Source of the DNA: Candidatus Latescibacterota bacterium
GTDB taxonomy: Bacteria > Latescibacterota > UBA2968 > UBA8231
DNA: 64,000 nt
Direction of reading: 5' to 3'
Assembly (NCBI GenBank): GCA_965223905.1
Contig: CBDCXV010000001.1
Location: 512,001-576,000 of the forward strand
Both the position numbers and the translations under genes were made by a program. The notes below the pieces were generated by a model, which saw only the letters and a list, made by a program, of their open reading frames with translations, was not told where the DNA came from and ran no database searches. The first letter of the stretch is position 1; the number at the start of each line of letters is the position of its first letter. This document shows positions 11,901 through 22,939 of the stretch, one piece after another.

Positions 11901-12402
11901 ACCCGGAGTCGACCAGATGCGAAGAGAGGCTTTCGGGGGCCCGCTCCTCGCCGGCCCGGAGCGACAGGATCCCGTGCTCGAGGGCGTGCGGGGGGATTAC
12001 GGGGGTCACCAGGGCGGCGGCCGGTGCGACGGCGATGGTGGGCTCGCGCCCTGCGAGCTGGGCCACCGCTTCGACGCGCAGCCGGGTTACTTCTTCGGAG
12101 GGGGAGCGCCCGTCGTACAGGGGGGCGTCCCATGCAGGGAAGTAGCGCACCACTCCCTCGCCGGCGATTGCCTGCAGGTCGTCGCGCCAGCGTTCGGCGC
12201 GGTCTTCATCGCTGGTGATTACCAGCAAGGGCCGGTTCATCGACCGCTGCACGTGAGTTGCCAGGAAAGCGGCCAGCGTCGCGGGCAGGCCGTGCAGAAG
12301 AACCTCCTCCTCCCCCCGCTGAAGGCGCCTCACGGCCTCTTTGAAGGAGGAGGTCAGCGCCGTTTTGCGAGCGATGTGATCGAGGGATGAAGCCGGGGTC
12401 AT
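8995..12402 (-). CDS. mfd: transcription-repair coupling factor
   Basis: UvrB-like N-terminus (RGGIVDVF), GDFVVHVDHGVGRY, DRLVCGDVGYGKTEVA, VDEEQRFGV, TATPIPRTL, QIRGRVGR and a TRCF domain. Start at ATG 12402 is inferred. Confidence 0.97.
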   Translation of the reverse strand: MTPASSLDHIARKTALTSSFKEAVRRLQRGEEEVLLHGLPATLAAFLATHVQRSMNRPLLVITSDEDRAERWRDDLQAIAGEGVVRYFPAWDAPLYDGRSPSEEVTRLRVEAVAQLAGREPTIAVAPAAALVTPVIPPHALEHGILSLRAGEERAPESLSSHLVDSGFERVPMVDGVGQFSVRGGIVDVFPFALEHPLRLEFFGDEIESIRQFDVATQRSLSAMEEVNVLPAAELLLHPPLFEQYAGAIEEAERDHEVGLDYLKDQLELGGSLEGIETFMSLLYGRDNGLFEYLHDPVLFCDEAEEFEPEIAKALRTSVADYEKHRDRGDRLPPPALVRDADWLRQRISAESRLAQAPVGSSGSAVRFESREPRAVQGELPVLRKELETLDGEGYEIHLLTETQGQSSRLEEILADGSEKLSFGLGTLHRGFVFPEARVAVLNDHEIFSRRKQRYRYRRFKAAKPISSRDALSVGDFVVHVDHGVGRYRGIRRLTLSGRDHDCLEVVYQGEDKLFVPVEQLDRLRKYSGAEGEPPLLNKLGGNAWEKLKERTREEIFKMARELIQLYAERQTQAGFGYAADSSMQRELEASFPYQETPDQLRAVEEVKSDMEASHPMDRLVCGDVGYGKTEVAVRAAYKAVCDGKQVAVLVPTTILAQQHFLTFSERMSQTAARIEVMSRFRTATELKRIARDVKDGKVDILIGTHRILSKDVEFRDLGMLVVDEEQRFGVRHKEKLKQFKRLIDVMTLTATPIPRTLHMSLMGSRDMSVINTPPQDRLPIHTEILSFDEDRIAAAISHEITRGGQVYFVHNRVQSIQRLAEYLEDLLPAVRFGVAHGQMGSRQLEKIMFDFLERKYDCLVTTMIIESGIDIPTVNTVLVNRADMLGLGQLYQIRGRVGRSKERAYAYLMVPKGKRLTRKSRLRLRAIEEFADLGSGFNIAMRDMEIRGAGNLLGAQQHGFIHAVGFDLYCRLLDEAVRELKGEEVEPEVEPDIRIAATAYIPEDYISDADLKIGFYQRLADARRVVDLLAIQEELEDRFGRLPWQARSLMNIMEIKVLARQLRLAGVQLERSRFRLVFPEEVQITPSDIQRLVEKNSSELEFDVAERLTIETFLRAGDEQERLEKAKRVMQELV

Positions 12403-12641
12403 TAAGGCAGAGAGCAGCACTTGGACGGCAGTGCCGCCGGACGGGTGCGCTGGGTGGGAGGTGGTTCTGGTGTGGAAGTGAGTTGGGGGCTTGGAAGCGC
12501 CTGAAAAGGCAGGAAAGATAAAGGGGCCTCGGAACCGGCGCCAATTTGCCGCCTTCCGCGAAAGGAGCCGAAACCGAGGTGATTGCAGCAAACTGCTGAC
12601 CAGGTTAACCGGTCGTTCGGTCGATCCACCTGTGAACGGCC

Positions 12642-12670
12642 AAAACTTTCTCACTCCTCCAGGCGTCTAA
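12642..12670 (+). promoter_or_regulatory. putative ECF-sigma autoregulatory promoter
   Basis: AAAAC-N17-CGTCTAA resembles the AAC/CGT ECF consensus and lies about 55 bp upstream of the ECF sigma start. Confidence 0.55.
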
Positions 12671-12726
12671 CCAGTTGGGCCCGGGGGAAGTCTCGAATCG
12701 GGACGCCCTGGTTTCCAGGAGGGTAG

Positions 12727-13308
12727 ATGACGGACGCCGAACTGGTGAGGCGCTTCCGCGGCGGCGATCCCCAGGCTTTCAACGCCCTGGTGGGGCGTTG
12801 GCAGGGGCGTCTCTACAACTTCATTCTGCGCTATACGGGAGATCGCGAAGAGGCACGGGACCTGTGCCAGAAGGTGCTTGTCAGTGCTTACCGCAACATT
12901 CGTCGACTGCGCGATCCGGAGAAAGTTTCCACATGGCTGTACCAGATCGCGGTAAACACCTGCCGCGACGAGCTGAGACGGCGCCGGCGGTACACTGCGG
13001 TCTCCCTGGAAAGTCTGGAGCACGGGGGAGACCGCACGGGGAATCCCCTGCTGCAGTCTTCCTCTCCTGCAGATTCAAGGGTCCACGCGCGAGATCTGCG
13101 CGACCTGCTAAATCGAGCCCTGCAGTCCATCCCCGAGGAGCAACGGGTAGTGGTCCTGATGAAGGAATACCAGCACCTGAAATTCACTGAGATCGCAACC
13201 GTTCTCGAGTTGCCCGTGAATACGGTCAAATCGCGGCTCTACTATGGCCTGAACAATCTCAGAAAGCTGCTGAATCAGTGGGATGTCACGGAGGAGACGA
13301 TCGATTGA
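12727..13308 (+). CDS. ECF-family RNA polymerase sigma factor
   Basis: Motifs DAELVRR..GDPQAF, STWLYQIAVNTCRD, and region 4 EIATVLELPVNTVKSRLYYG. Confidence 0.95.
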   Translation: MTDAELVRRFRGGDPQAFNALVGRWQGRLYNFILRYTGDREEARDLCQKVLVSAYRNIRRLRDPEKVSTWLYQIAVNTCRDELRRRRRYTAVSLESLEHGGDRTGNPLLQSSSPADSRVHARDLRDLLNRALQSIPEEQRVVVLMKEYQHLKFTEIATVLELPVNTVKSRLYYGLNNLRKLLNQWDVTEETID

Positions 13309-14012
13309 TGAAATGCGATCTGTCGAGAGAAAAACTCGTGGAGTATTTCTACGGCGAGGTGAATGCGGAGAAGAAAGCGGGCATCGAGGCGCACGCGAAA
13401 ATATGCCCGAGCTGCAAGCAGGCCCTGGAGGAGATGGGTTGGACTGCGAGCAGCTTGCGCGCCTGGGAGGACGAGAATCCGCAGGCGAGTGTGGTATTCA
13501 CGCTGGAAAAGCCTCCACCCTGGTGGAAAGCTTTTTTCCCAGACTGGCTTTATGCAGGGAAAAGCCGCTGGCTGATGCCGGGCCTGTCTCTCGGTCTGGC
13601 CGGCGTCGTGCTGGTCCTGTCTCTATTGAATATCGAGGTCGAGTACGGACAGGGAGCTATCCGCGCGAGCCTGAGCTTGCCGGCGGATTCCGAGGCCGAG
13701 CCGGTGACAACCGTCCTGGAAGAGCCGCTCACGCGGGGGGAATTTTTTTGGGCGCAACAACACTCCCTGGCCCTGATCGAGGAACTGATCGTCGTTGCCC
13801 ACGAACAGCAACGCGTTGAACTCGGTCTGGTCCTGGCCCGATTCGACCAGAACCTCGAAGCCCGGCGCCTCAGGGACCTGCAACTGGTAGGCGAAGGGCT
13901 GCAGAAGATCGACTGGTCGACGGAGAGCCGTTTCATGCGCGCCGAAGAACTGTTGCGCCGTTTGCTGGTGGCCACATACGCCAGGATGGATCCACCCATG
14001 GAGTCCAACTGA
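13308..14012 (+). CDS. zinc-finger (zf-HC2/ZAS) anti-sigma factor, single transmembrane helix
   Basis: ATG overlaps the sigma stop (TGATG). N-terminal Cys and HxxxCxxC (HAKICPSC), then TM helix LSLGLAGVVLVLSLL. Confidence 0.85.
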   Translation: MKCDLSREKLVEYFYGEVNAEKKAGIEAHAKICPSCKQALEEMGWTASSLRAWEDENPQASVVFTLEKPPPWWKAFFPDWLYAGKSRWLMPGLSLGLAGVVLVLSLLNIEVEYGQGAIRASLSLPADSEAEPVTTVLEEPLTRGEFFWAQQHSLALIEELIVVAHEQQRVELGLVLARFDQNLEARRLRDLQLVGEGLQKIDWSTESRFMRAEELLRRLLVATYARMDPPMESN

Positions 14013-14036
14013 ATGTTTCGTTTGGAGGTGTTAAAA

Positions 14037-15281
14037 ATGAAAGATAGTCTGCTGGTGGCATTGGTGGCCGCCTGCTTTATCGTTCTGACGGTTCCCGACC
14101 TTGCCGAGGCAGAGATCGACAAGAAGCGCATGCGGCGGGATCTGAGCATCATGGAGGATGTGCTGAAAAGCTTGTACAGGCATGCGAATACATCCATATT
14201 GGGGACTTCATTGGGGACTTCGAAACCGCGTGTGCGGGGGATGTACTTTGAAAACTACGGGGTTGTTGTTCTCATTGAAGATCGCAATCCAGGAGGCATC
14301 ATCGGTCTTTCCCATCACTTCGGTCTGAAGGCTTTCATGAAGCAGCTGGAGGATTTCGAAGATACCAGGGGATCGGTTTTTGAAGAGAAAGCGAGGAAGC
14401 TGGAAGAGGAAGGCCGAGCGGCCCAGGAAAATCGAATCGCTGAATTCCTGGGGAATTACGCTGATGCAATTCGCCAGTTGAAAGAAGAAGATAGAGTTGC
14501 GGTCCTGCTGCGATATCGAGCTGTCGATTCTTACGGGGTCGAGACAAGGACAAGACCATATGAGGATTCAACGCTGGTCAAAACGATACTGTTTGCTGGC
14601 AGGGATTCTGTGGTGGTCGAGACAGTCGAAGACCAAGGGGTGAAAAAAACCAGAATGTTTCCAGGAAAAAACCGGGAAATGTTTCCTGAAAAAAGCCTGG
14701 ACAGGTTAAGGAATATAATTTCGGTTCCAGCAGGTGAGTATTACGAGGTTTCGGCAAAAAAGCGGGATATAGTCGAGTACCGCAGCGAGCGTATCGGCGA
14801 GGAGGAGTTTCGCCAGCGGTTGGTGGTTCGGGAGCACAAACCGGACGATTCCAGGATGAAGAAGATCCAGATCCTTTCGGTAATCCTGGACAATTCTCTT
14901 AAGCGGACCGATCAACTCGTACCGAATTTTGGCACAAGGACTTTAAGTATGTACTACGAGGGATTGGGGGCAGTTTTCTTCATGAATGCGGGACACGGGT
15001 ACTGGGAAATTCATCCTCTGACAACAAAACAAGGTGCGGCAGAGGTGGAGACTCGCGAACGGTTCAGGGAAAAGCTGATCGAGGTAGTGGGCGACTACGG
15101 CTACACACTGCGCACCCTCGGGCCTGAGGAGTACATGGTGGTCGATGTCCGCTTTCCGGCAGGGTGGGAAAGCAATCCGGGGCTTGTGCTGAAGGTTCGA
15201 AAGAAGGACGTCGATGCCTTCAGCCGGGAGGAAATGGACTTCGAGGAGTTTCGTCGAAAGGTCGAGATCCTGGAATTTTAA
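14037..15281 (+). CDS. exported hypothetical protein with an internal two-domain repeat
   Basis: GGAGG RBS, signal peptide MKDSLLVALVAACFIVLTVPDLAEA, and two homologous halves (see findings). Confidence 0.8.
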   Translation: MKDSLLVALVAACFIVLTVPDLAEAEIDKKRMRRDLSIMEDVLKSLYRHANTSILGTSLGTSKPRVRGMYFENYGVVVLIEDRNPGGIIGLSHHFGLKAFMKQLEDFEDTRGSVFEEKARKLEEEGRAAQENRIAEFLGNYADAIRQLKEEDRVAVLLRYRAVDSYGVETRTRPYEDSTLVKTILFAGRDSVVVETVEDQGVKKTRMFPGKNREMFPEKSLDRLRNIISVPAGEYYEVSAKKRDIVEYRSERIGEEEFRQRLVVREHKPDDSRMKKIQILSVILDNSLKRTDQLVPNFGTRTLSMYYEGLGAVFFMNAGHGYWEIHPLTTKQGAAEVETRERFREKLIEVVGDYGYTLRTLGPEEYMVVDVRFPAGWESNPGLVLKVRKKDVDAFSREEMDFEEFRRKVEILEF

Positions 15282-15312
15282 TTGCGCCCGGATGCTCCCG
15301 CGCAAGGAACCC

Positions 15313-16362
15313 TCATCCTGCTTCCAGCGAGATTCCCAACTTCGCTCCCCACTCGACGATCTGGCGCCAGGTTTCCTCTTCGACGTCAATCCCGTGCGTC
15401 CGCTCCTGCGTGACAATCGCCTCGATTTCGCCGGGCATCAGGATGTCGTCGAAGCCCTCCGCTGGAGGCGACGATTTGACGTGGGCTACGAATTTCTCCG
15501 ATTCCTCGAAAAACTCGTCGAGGGGCAGGAACTGTTCGACGTCGATGACGATCAGCAGCACCCCGTTCCTCAGCCTGTTGTCCTTCCCGATGTATCCTGA
15601 ACCGGTGAGAATGCCGGCTATAAGCTCGAGTGCGACGTTGAGCGCATACCCCTTGTGACCTGCGGCGGCCCCTCCGAGCGGAAGGATGCTGCCTGGGGGG
15701 TCGCTGTACAAGTCGTTGGGATCATTCGTCGGTTCCCCCCTTGAGTTGAGAAGCCATCCATCAGGGGTTTCCACTCCGCGGTTGCGGGCAACCCTGACCT
15801 TGCCCTCCGCAACTACGGTCGTGGTCATGTCGATGACGATCGGCCCTGAGGATCGCGGAATCCCGAAAGCGAGAGGATCGGTGACGAGCCTCGGCTCGAT
15901 GCCTCCCCAAGGGGCCATGCGGAACTGCGGCACACCCACGGCGTTTACGAACATCATCCCGACCATCCCTTGTCTGGCAATCTGGTCGACGTAGCTGCCG
16001 AGACGGCCGATGTGGTTAGCCTGGCGGACGGCGATCGCGGCCATTCCCGTTTGCCGGGCCTTGTCCAGACCGAGTTCGGTGGCGCGGCTCATCGTGACCT
16101 GTCCAAACCCCCAGTTGCCCTCGACAACCGCCATTATCGGGGTCTGGCCAACGATCTCCACCTCTGCAACCGGAACGATCTCCTCCTTTTCGATCAAGGC
16201 GAGGTACTGCGGCAGGCGGATGACGCCATGGGAGTCGTGGCCGGCGCGGTTCGCTTCGACGAGCAGCCCGGCTACCAGCCCGGCCTTGTCCGGCGGTGTT
16301 CCCGCGGCAACCAGGACGGCCGTCGCGTGTTCGATCAATTCGTTCGGTGTGAAGGTTGGCAT
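15313..16362 (-). CDS. Ldh_2 family (type 2 malate/L-lactate/L-sulfolactate) dehydrogenase
   Basis: Motifs GHDSHGVIRLPQY, NHIGRLGSY, IDMTT, EGKVRVA, GHKGYAL and MPGE. Start ATG 16362. Confidence 0.9.
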   Translation of the reverse strand: MPTFTPNELIEHATAVLVAAGTPPDKAGLVAGLLVEANRAGHDSHGVIRLPQYLALIEKEEIVPVAEVEIVGQTPIMAVVEGNWGFGQVTMSRATELGLDKARQTGMAAIAVRQANHIGRLGSYVDQIARQGMVGMMFVNAVGVPQFRMAPWGGIEPRLVTDPLAFGIPRSSGPIVIDMTTTVVAEGKVRVARNRGVETPDGWLLNSRGEPTNDPNDLYSDPPGSILPLGGAAAGHKGYALNVALELIAGILTGSGYIGKDNRLRNGVLLIVIDVEQFLPLDEFFEESEKFVAHVKSSPPAEGFDDILMPGEIEAIVTQERTHGIDVEEETWRQIVEWGAKLGISLEAG

Positions 16363-16511
16363 ATGTACGGCATCCCACGCGGATCCGGCCCGGAACTGTT
16401 TGCGGGCGAGCCGGAAAGGAGCGTTAAAGGCTGTTGAAAGGGTAGCGGAAACCACGGGTCTGCCGACGCTGAGCGCGCCGGTCGCCACGCGGCGACCGAT
16501 GGAGCAAAGAG

Positions 16512-16549
16512 AAGGGCGCAACTCCTTTTGAACGAGGAGTCGCGCCCTT
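16512..16549 (-). terminator. intrinsic terminator downstream of tRNA-Ala
   Basis: Minus strand hairpin AAGGGCGCGACTCCT-loop-AGGAGTTGCGCCCTT followed by CTCTTT, immediately 3' of the tRNA. Confidence 0.75.
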
Positions 16550-16555
16550 ATTTCC

Positions 16556-16631
16556 TGGTGGAGCTGAGGGGAATCGAACCCCTGACCTCCTGAATGCCAT
16601 TCAGGCGCTCTCCCAACTGAGCTACAGCCCC
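16556..16631 (-). tRNA. tRNA-Ala (anticodon GGC)
   Basis: Minus strand GGGGCTGTAGCTCAGTTGGGAGAGCGCCTGAATGGCATTCAGGAGGTCAGGGGTTCGATTCCCCTCAGCTCCACCA: 76 nt, G3:U70 pair, encoded CCA. Confidence 0.98.
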
Positions 16632-16644
16632 CGGGACGCCAGTT

Positions 16645-16673
16645 AAACTAGCGGCCCCTCAGCGGTCCGTCAA
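16645..16673 (-). promoter_or_regulatory. sigma70-type promoter of tRNA-Ala
   Basis: TTGACG-N17-TAGTTT on the minus strand, 13 bp upstream of the tRNA. Confidence 0.7.
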
Positions 16674-16830
16674 TTAGTCCCGGAGGAAGCTACTTGTGGT
16701 CAGGTGGAGATAATGATTGGCATCTCCCTTCTCTAACCTGAATCGACCCTGTACATGAGTTTTTGAAACCCCGCATCGGATGTCCGGGAAAGCCCAGACA
16801 GATGGACGTGCCTAATCCCCGGATGCCCTC

Positions 16831-17505
16831 CTACCGTGCCAGCATGGCCTTGATGCGTCCCCAAGTCGACCCGTCAGCATCGGTTACGACATCTCCGGCG
16901 GACACCACGACACCGAGACCGAGATCCTCATGTTGGTACTCTTCTCGGTCAGTGGAGCTGGGACCTAGCGACAGAAAATTCACTTCGATCCGCGTCTCCG
17001 TCTGGGAGTTGAAACCGTCACTCGTGCGCACGGTGAAGGTTCCGAACTGGTGATCCCCCTCGATCGTCTCGCTGACGCTCGCTCCGCCAAGGCGCAACCG
17101 TCCGTTGTCGAGCGGTTCGACGCCGCTGCCGAAGGTCACGAAGGGATCCTCGGGTGCGAACGCGGCGCTTTCGAGATCGAAAGCGCTGGCCGGAATCAGT
17201 TCGAGAATCAGCTCGACCTGACGGATGTCATTCAACTTACGGCCGCTGAAGAGCAACGCGACTTCCTGCCCGCCGCTCGCAGCTTCCCAGTTATTCCCTT
17301 CGATCAGGACCTCGCCGGCGTAGGCGCCGTCGAGGACGACACTCTGGCGCAGTTCGGAGGCGGCCGCAGCTTTGCCAGCGGCCGGTAGCGGCGGATGCGC
17401 AACGCCTGGTTCGGCCTCGCTGCATTGCAGCAGAAAACACCAGAGGAACGACAAAACCGCTGTTATCGAGTAACGGGACACTGTGAACATTCTCCTGAGC
17501 ATCAT
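16831..17505 (-). CDS. secreted hypothetical protein (beta-rich, cohesin-like) with C-terminal STWGRIKA tail
   Basis: AGAGGT RBS, N-terminal hydrophobic signal, beta-strand-rich body, ending DADGSTWGRIKAMLAR. Confidence 0.75.
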   Translation of the reverse strand: MMLRRMFTVSRYSITAVLSFLWCFLLQCSEAEPGVAHPPLPAAGKAAAASELRQSVVLDGAYAGEVLIEGNNWEAASGGQEVALLFSGRKLNDIRQVELILELIPASAFDLESAAFAPEDPFVTFGSGVEPLDNGRLRLGGASVSETIEGDHQFGTFTVRTSDGFNSQTETRIEVNFLSLGPSSTDREEYQHEDLGLGVVVSAGDVVTDADGSTWGRIKAMLAR

Positions 17506-17839
17506 GTCACCTCTTGACTTGTCGGGGTTGGACTAAAGGCGCCCGGATAAGAACGCTTCGTCTGGGCATGAAGGCCATCGCTACGGCAGAGCCGGAATGT
17601 GCGCCGTTCGGCGGGATGTCTTTCGTTGAACAGACGGCAGCCCATGAAAATGTGCAGATTCCGGGTTCGGGGGCGACGGCCACCTCGAGCCGGCGACCCG
17701 TCGAAAATGTGCAGTTCCGAGTCGCAGAGCCACGGATGGGCAAAATATGGTGCAGGGCCCCGGTTTTTCCTACCGCGAATACGCATCGGACGGTCGGGGC
17801 TGATGCGGTTGGTCTGGTAGCGGTCGGAGTAGCTGGTTG

Positions 17840-18436
17840 TCACTGGAATTTCCAGATCAGCGAAAAATCCGCTGGGAGATCGGAACTGCCGGCAAGAGAC
17901 AGTCCGAAGTCGGCGAGATGGGCATCGACGTAAGCATCGAGGGCGGAAAACGTCGCCGTGGCGATGAACAGGAGCAGGCGGGTGTTGCGGCGGCCGGCCG
18001 CGGCCTGGCGTTCCGCAACCTCGGCGCGGTCGAGGTTGCGTGTCTCCGAGATGCCGGCCCCTGCAAAGCCGGCCGCCGCGGCGGAGAACAGAACCGCCTT
18101 GAAGTATCGGCCGTTGCGCAACTGACCCCATCCTGGAATCAGGGCGGACCGCCACAGGGCCTCCTTCGGGGTGAGTCGAGTTTTCGCCGTCGCATGTTCC
18201 CGATTCGCCGTGTCTGCGGTTGCTGCTGCGGTTGCTGCCGTGTCCGGGTCAGCTCGTTTCAGCACCTCGGCAGCACCGGATTCGCCGTAAGTGGCTGCAA
18301 CGGCACCGGAGGCGGCGGTCGCACCCGCCGTCAGCAAAGAGATCAGGACGAGGAGACTGCAGGCGGCCATCGGTGGCAGGGCAGGGGCGCAGCTGGGTTC
18401 CCTGGTATCCGACGCCTGTGGGCTGGCCGAGGTCAC
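17840..18436 (-). CDS. DUF5683-like membrane protein
   Basis: Motifs ALWRSALIPGWGQLRNGRYFKA and SALDAYVDAHL, terminal W-K-F; overlaps the fmt stop. Confidence 0.75.
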   Translation of the reverse strand: MTSASPQASDTREPSCAPALPPMAACSLLVLISLLTAGATAASGAVAATYGESGAAEVLKRADPDTAATAAATADTANREHATAKTRLTPKEALWRSALIPGWGQLRNGRYFKAVLFSAAAAGFAGAGISETRNLDRAEVAERQAAAGRRNTRLLLFIATATFSALDAYVDAHLADFGLSLAGSSDLPADFSLIWKFQ

Positions 18437-19368
18437 GTGCCGAAACGGTCCCCCGGCCGCACCTGGTAACCCCGCACGAAGGCCTTCCAGGCCATGCGAT
18501 TGCGTCCCGATGGTTGCACTTCGTCGACGACGAGGGCCCCGTCCCCGGTGGCGATCACCAGGCCGGTTTCACCGTCGGTGGAAAGGACCGTGCCCGCGTC
18601 CGCTCGCAGGGCATCTTTCCAGGGGTGGGCGCGGTGAATCTTCAGTATCCGATCCCGTCCCCATGTCGTGAACGCTCCGGGAACGGGGTTGGCGCCGCGG
18701 ATGCGGTTGCGAACCGACTCGGTCGGCTGAGACCAGATCAGCCTGCCGTCTTCCCTGGACAGCTTCGGGGCCCTGCTGGCGCCTGAGGCCGGTTGCGGCC
18801 TGGGGTGAAGATCGCCTCGCTCCAGGCCATCGACCGTGGCGGCCACGAGATGTGCGCCGAGCGCGGCGAGGCGCTGCTCCAGTTCTCCGGCGGTTTCCTC
18901 ACTCCCCACGGCGACCCGCTGCTGCAGCAGGATGTCGCCGGCGTCGACCCGGGAGTTGAGGAGGATGGTCGTCGCCCCGGTTTCGCGCTCGCCGTTGAAC
19001 AGGGTCCAGGGAATGGGGGCGGCGCCGCGATAGGCGGGCAACAGCGAAGGGTGAAGGTTGACCGCTCCCATCGGCGGGACGGCGAGCAGCACATCCGGAA
19101 GGATCGAGAAAGCGACGACGACGAACAGATCGCAGCCGAAGGCGGACAGGGTTTCGGGCAGTCCTGGATCGGCAACCGATTCGGGCTGCAGACAGGGTAA
19201 CCCGAGTTCAGCGGCGGCGGCTTTAACGGCTGGCGGGGAGGTCCTGCGACCCCGGCCTCGGGGACGGTCGGGGTTGGTGACGACGGCGACCACGTCGTGC
19301 CGGTTCGCCGCCAGGACGCGAAGCGATGGAAGGGCGAATTCCGGTGTACCCATGAACAGGATTTTCAT
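18433..19368 (-). CDS. fmt: methionyl-tRNA formyltransferase
   Basis: Motifs MKILFMGTPEFA, VVTNPDRPRGRG, NLHPSLLPAYRGAAPI and DAGDIL. Confidence 0.97.
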   Translation of the reverse strand: MKILFMGTPEFALPSLRVLAANRHDVVAVVTNPDRPRGRGRRTSPPAVKAAAAELGLPCLQPESVADPGLPETLSAFGCDLFVVVAFSILPDVLLAVPPMGAVNLHPSLLPAYRGAAPIPWTLFNGERETGATTILLNSRVDAGDILLQQRVAVGSEETAGELEQRLAALGAHLVAATVDGLERGDLHPRPQPASGASRAPKLSREDGRLIWSQPTESVRNRIRGANPVPGAFTTWGRDRILKIHRAHPWKDALRADAGTVLSTDGETGLVIATGDGALVVDEVQPSGRNRMAWKAFVRGYQVRPGDRFGT

Positions 19369-19420
19369 CGTGCATCGGGGAACAACTGCGGGGAAAGCGC
19401 CGTCGGCGCCTGCGGGAAGG

Positions 19421-19756
19421 CTACTTTTCGTCGCCGTTCTTGACGCGCTGCACGGCCGCTCGCGAGAGATCGACCTTGACGTTCTCGGCGATTTTCACGA
19501 CGAGGACGTCGTCCTTGATGTTGAGGATCACCCCGTGGATACCGCCGTTCGTAACGATGCGGTCTCCCTTTTCCAGCTCGTCGATCATGCGCTGCTGCGC
19601 TTTCTGCTTCTTGATCTGCGGGCGCAGAATGAGCAGGTAGAGGACGAGGAACATCAGGACAAACGGCAGCAGCTGCACCAACGGCGCGCCGCCCCCGGCG
19701 CCCTCGGCTCCGCTGCCTCCCATGGCATGGGCGGCGTCTGGGAAGAAGAACAGCAA
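19421..19756 (-). CDS. yajC: preprotein translocase subunit YajC
   Basis: YLLILRPQ.K and LEKGDRIVTNGGIHG; follows tgt. Confidence 0.95.
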   Translation of the reverse strand: MLFFFPDAAHAMGGSGAEGAGGGAPLVQLLPFVLMFLVLYLLILRPQIKKQKAQQRMIDELEKGDRIVTNGGIHGVILNIKDDVLVVKIAENVKVDLSRAAVQRVKNGDEK

Positions 19757-19810
19757 GACAACCTCTCTTTCGGTCGTTCTGTTGCGAAGGATTCCGAAAG
19801 ATAACGCCTG

Positions 19811-22183
<2,373 letters not shown>

Positions 22184-22237
22184 TCACTCCGCCGGAAGAA
22201 ACGGCGCGAAGCGAGGAGAAGGGGAGGAGAGGGGAAC

Positions 22238-22939
22238 CTACTCGGAAAGTTGTTTGAGCGCGGACCAGGAGAGCGAAGGAAAATGCGTGGAACCGGCCTT
22301 GGGCGATTCCTCCTCCTCCTCGCTACAGTCGCCTTCACGAGGATCGTCGATCCAGCGCACGATGCGCCAGATCCCGTCGTCGCCCTCACGCAGCTTGAAG
22401 GTCATGTCCTGATCGACCTGGAAGCCGTCGTCGTCGGTTTTCAGCAGCAGGATTAGGACCTTGCCCCGGAATACTTCCCAGTCCTCGTCCGGGTGTCCGT
22501 CCGGATCCCCCTCGAAGGCCATCGGGCGCTCCCGCCCCAGTTCGGTCTTGCGCTCGATCAGTTGAAACTCCCATTCCACGGTGCGGTAAACGTCGAATAT
22601 GCCGCGGCTGCTGCCGTCGCGGGTGCCCATGATCTCCAGCTCTTCTTCGCGCCCGTTAAAGTAGACCAGGTTTCCGTGACAATCGTCCTCCGTGAACCAG
22701 AAACGCTCGTCGAGAAGGGTCTCGTAGAGGTTCTTGTCGCGCTCGTTGAAGGCGCGCTCGAGGTTGTCCATCACGATCCCCGGCTCGGTCGCCTCCTCTG
22801 CGGGAGGGGGTTCCACATCGGGGGGAGGCCTGGGAGGGATAGTGGGCGTTGGAGCGAATGGGTTGCCGCAGGCCGTCAGGAGAACGCTGGCCGCCACTGC
22901 CACTGCGGCAAATGAGAAGTTTCTTCGAGTCGTTTCCAT
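22238..22939 (-). CDS. hypothetical lipoprotein (possible NTF2/SnoaL-like fold), paralog of 22939-23706
   Basis: Lipobox LLTAC-GNPF, Pro-rich linker, WRIVRWID. ATG 22939 overlaps the upstream TGA. Confidence 0.75.
   Translation of the reverse strand: METTRRNFSFAAVAVAASVLLTACGNPFAPTPTIPPRPPPDVEPPPAEEATEPGIVMDNLERAFNERDKNLYETLLDERFWFTEDDCHGNLVYFNGREEELEIMGTRDGSSRGIFDVYRTVEWEFQLIERKTELGRERPMAFEGDPDGHPDEDWEVFRGKVLILLLKTDDDGFQVDQDMTFKLREGDDGIWRIVRWIDDPREGDCSEEEEESPKAGSTHFPSLSWSALKQLSE

Noticed and set aside
16556-16631. tRNA-Ala as an integration site for an island
   Set aside because: No integrase nearby, and I found no second copy of the tRNA 3' end in the window.
19369-19420. Missing def next to fmt
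   Set aside because: def is often located elsewhere, and the 52-bp gap shows no remnant; not informative on its own.
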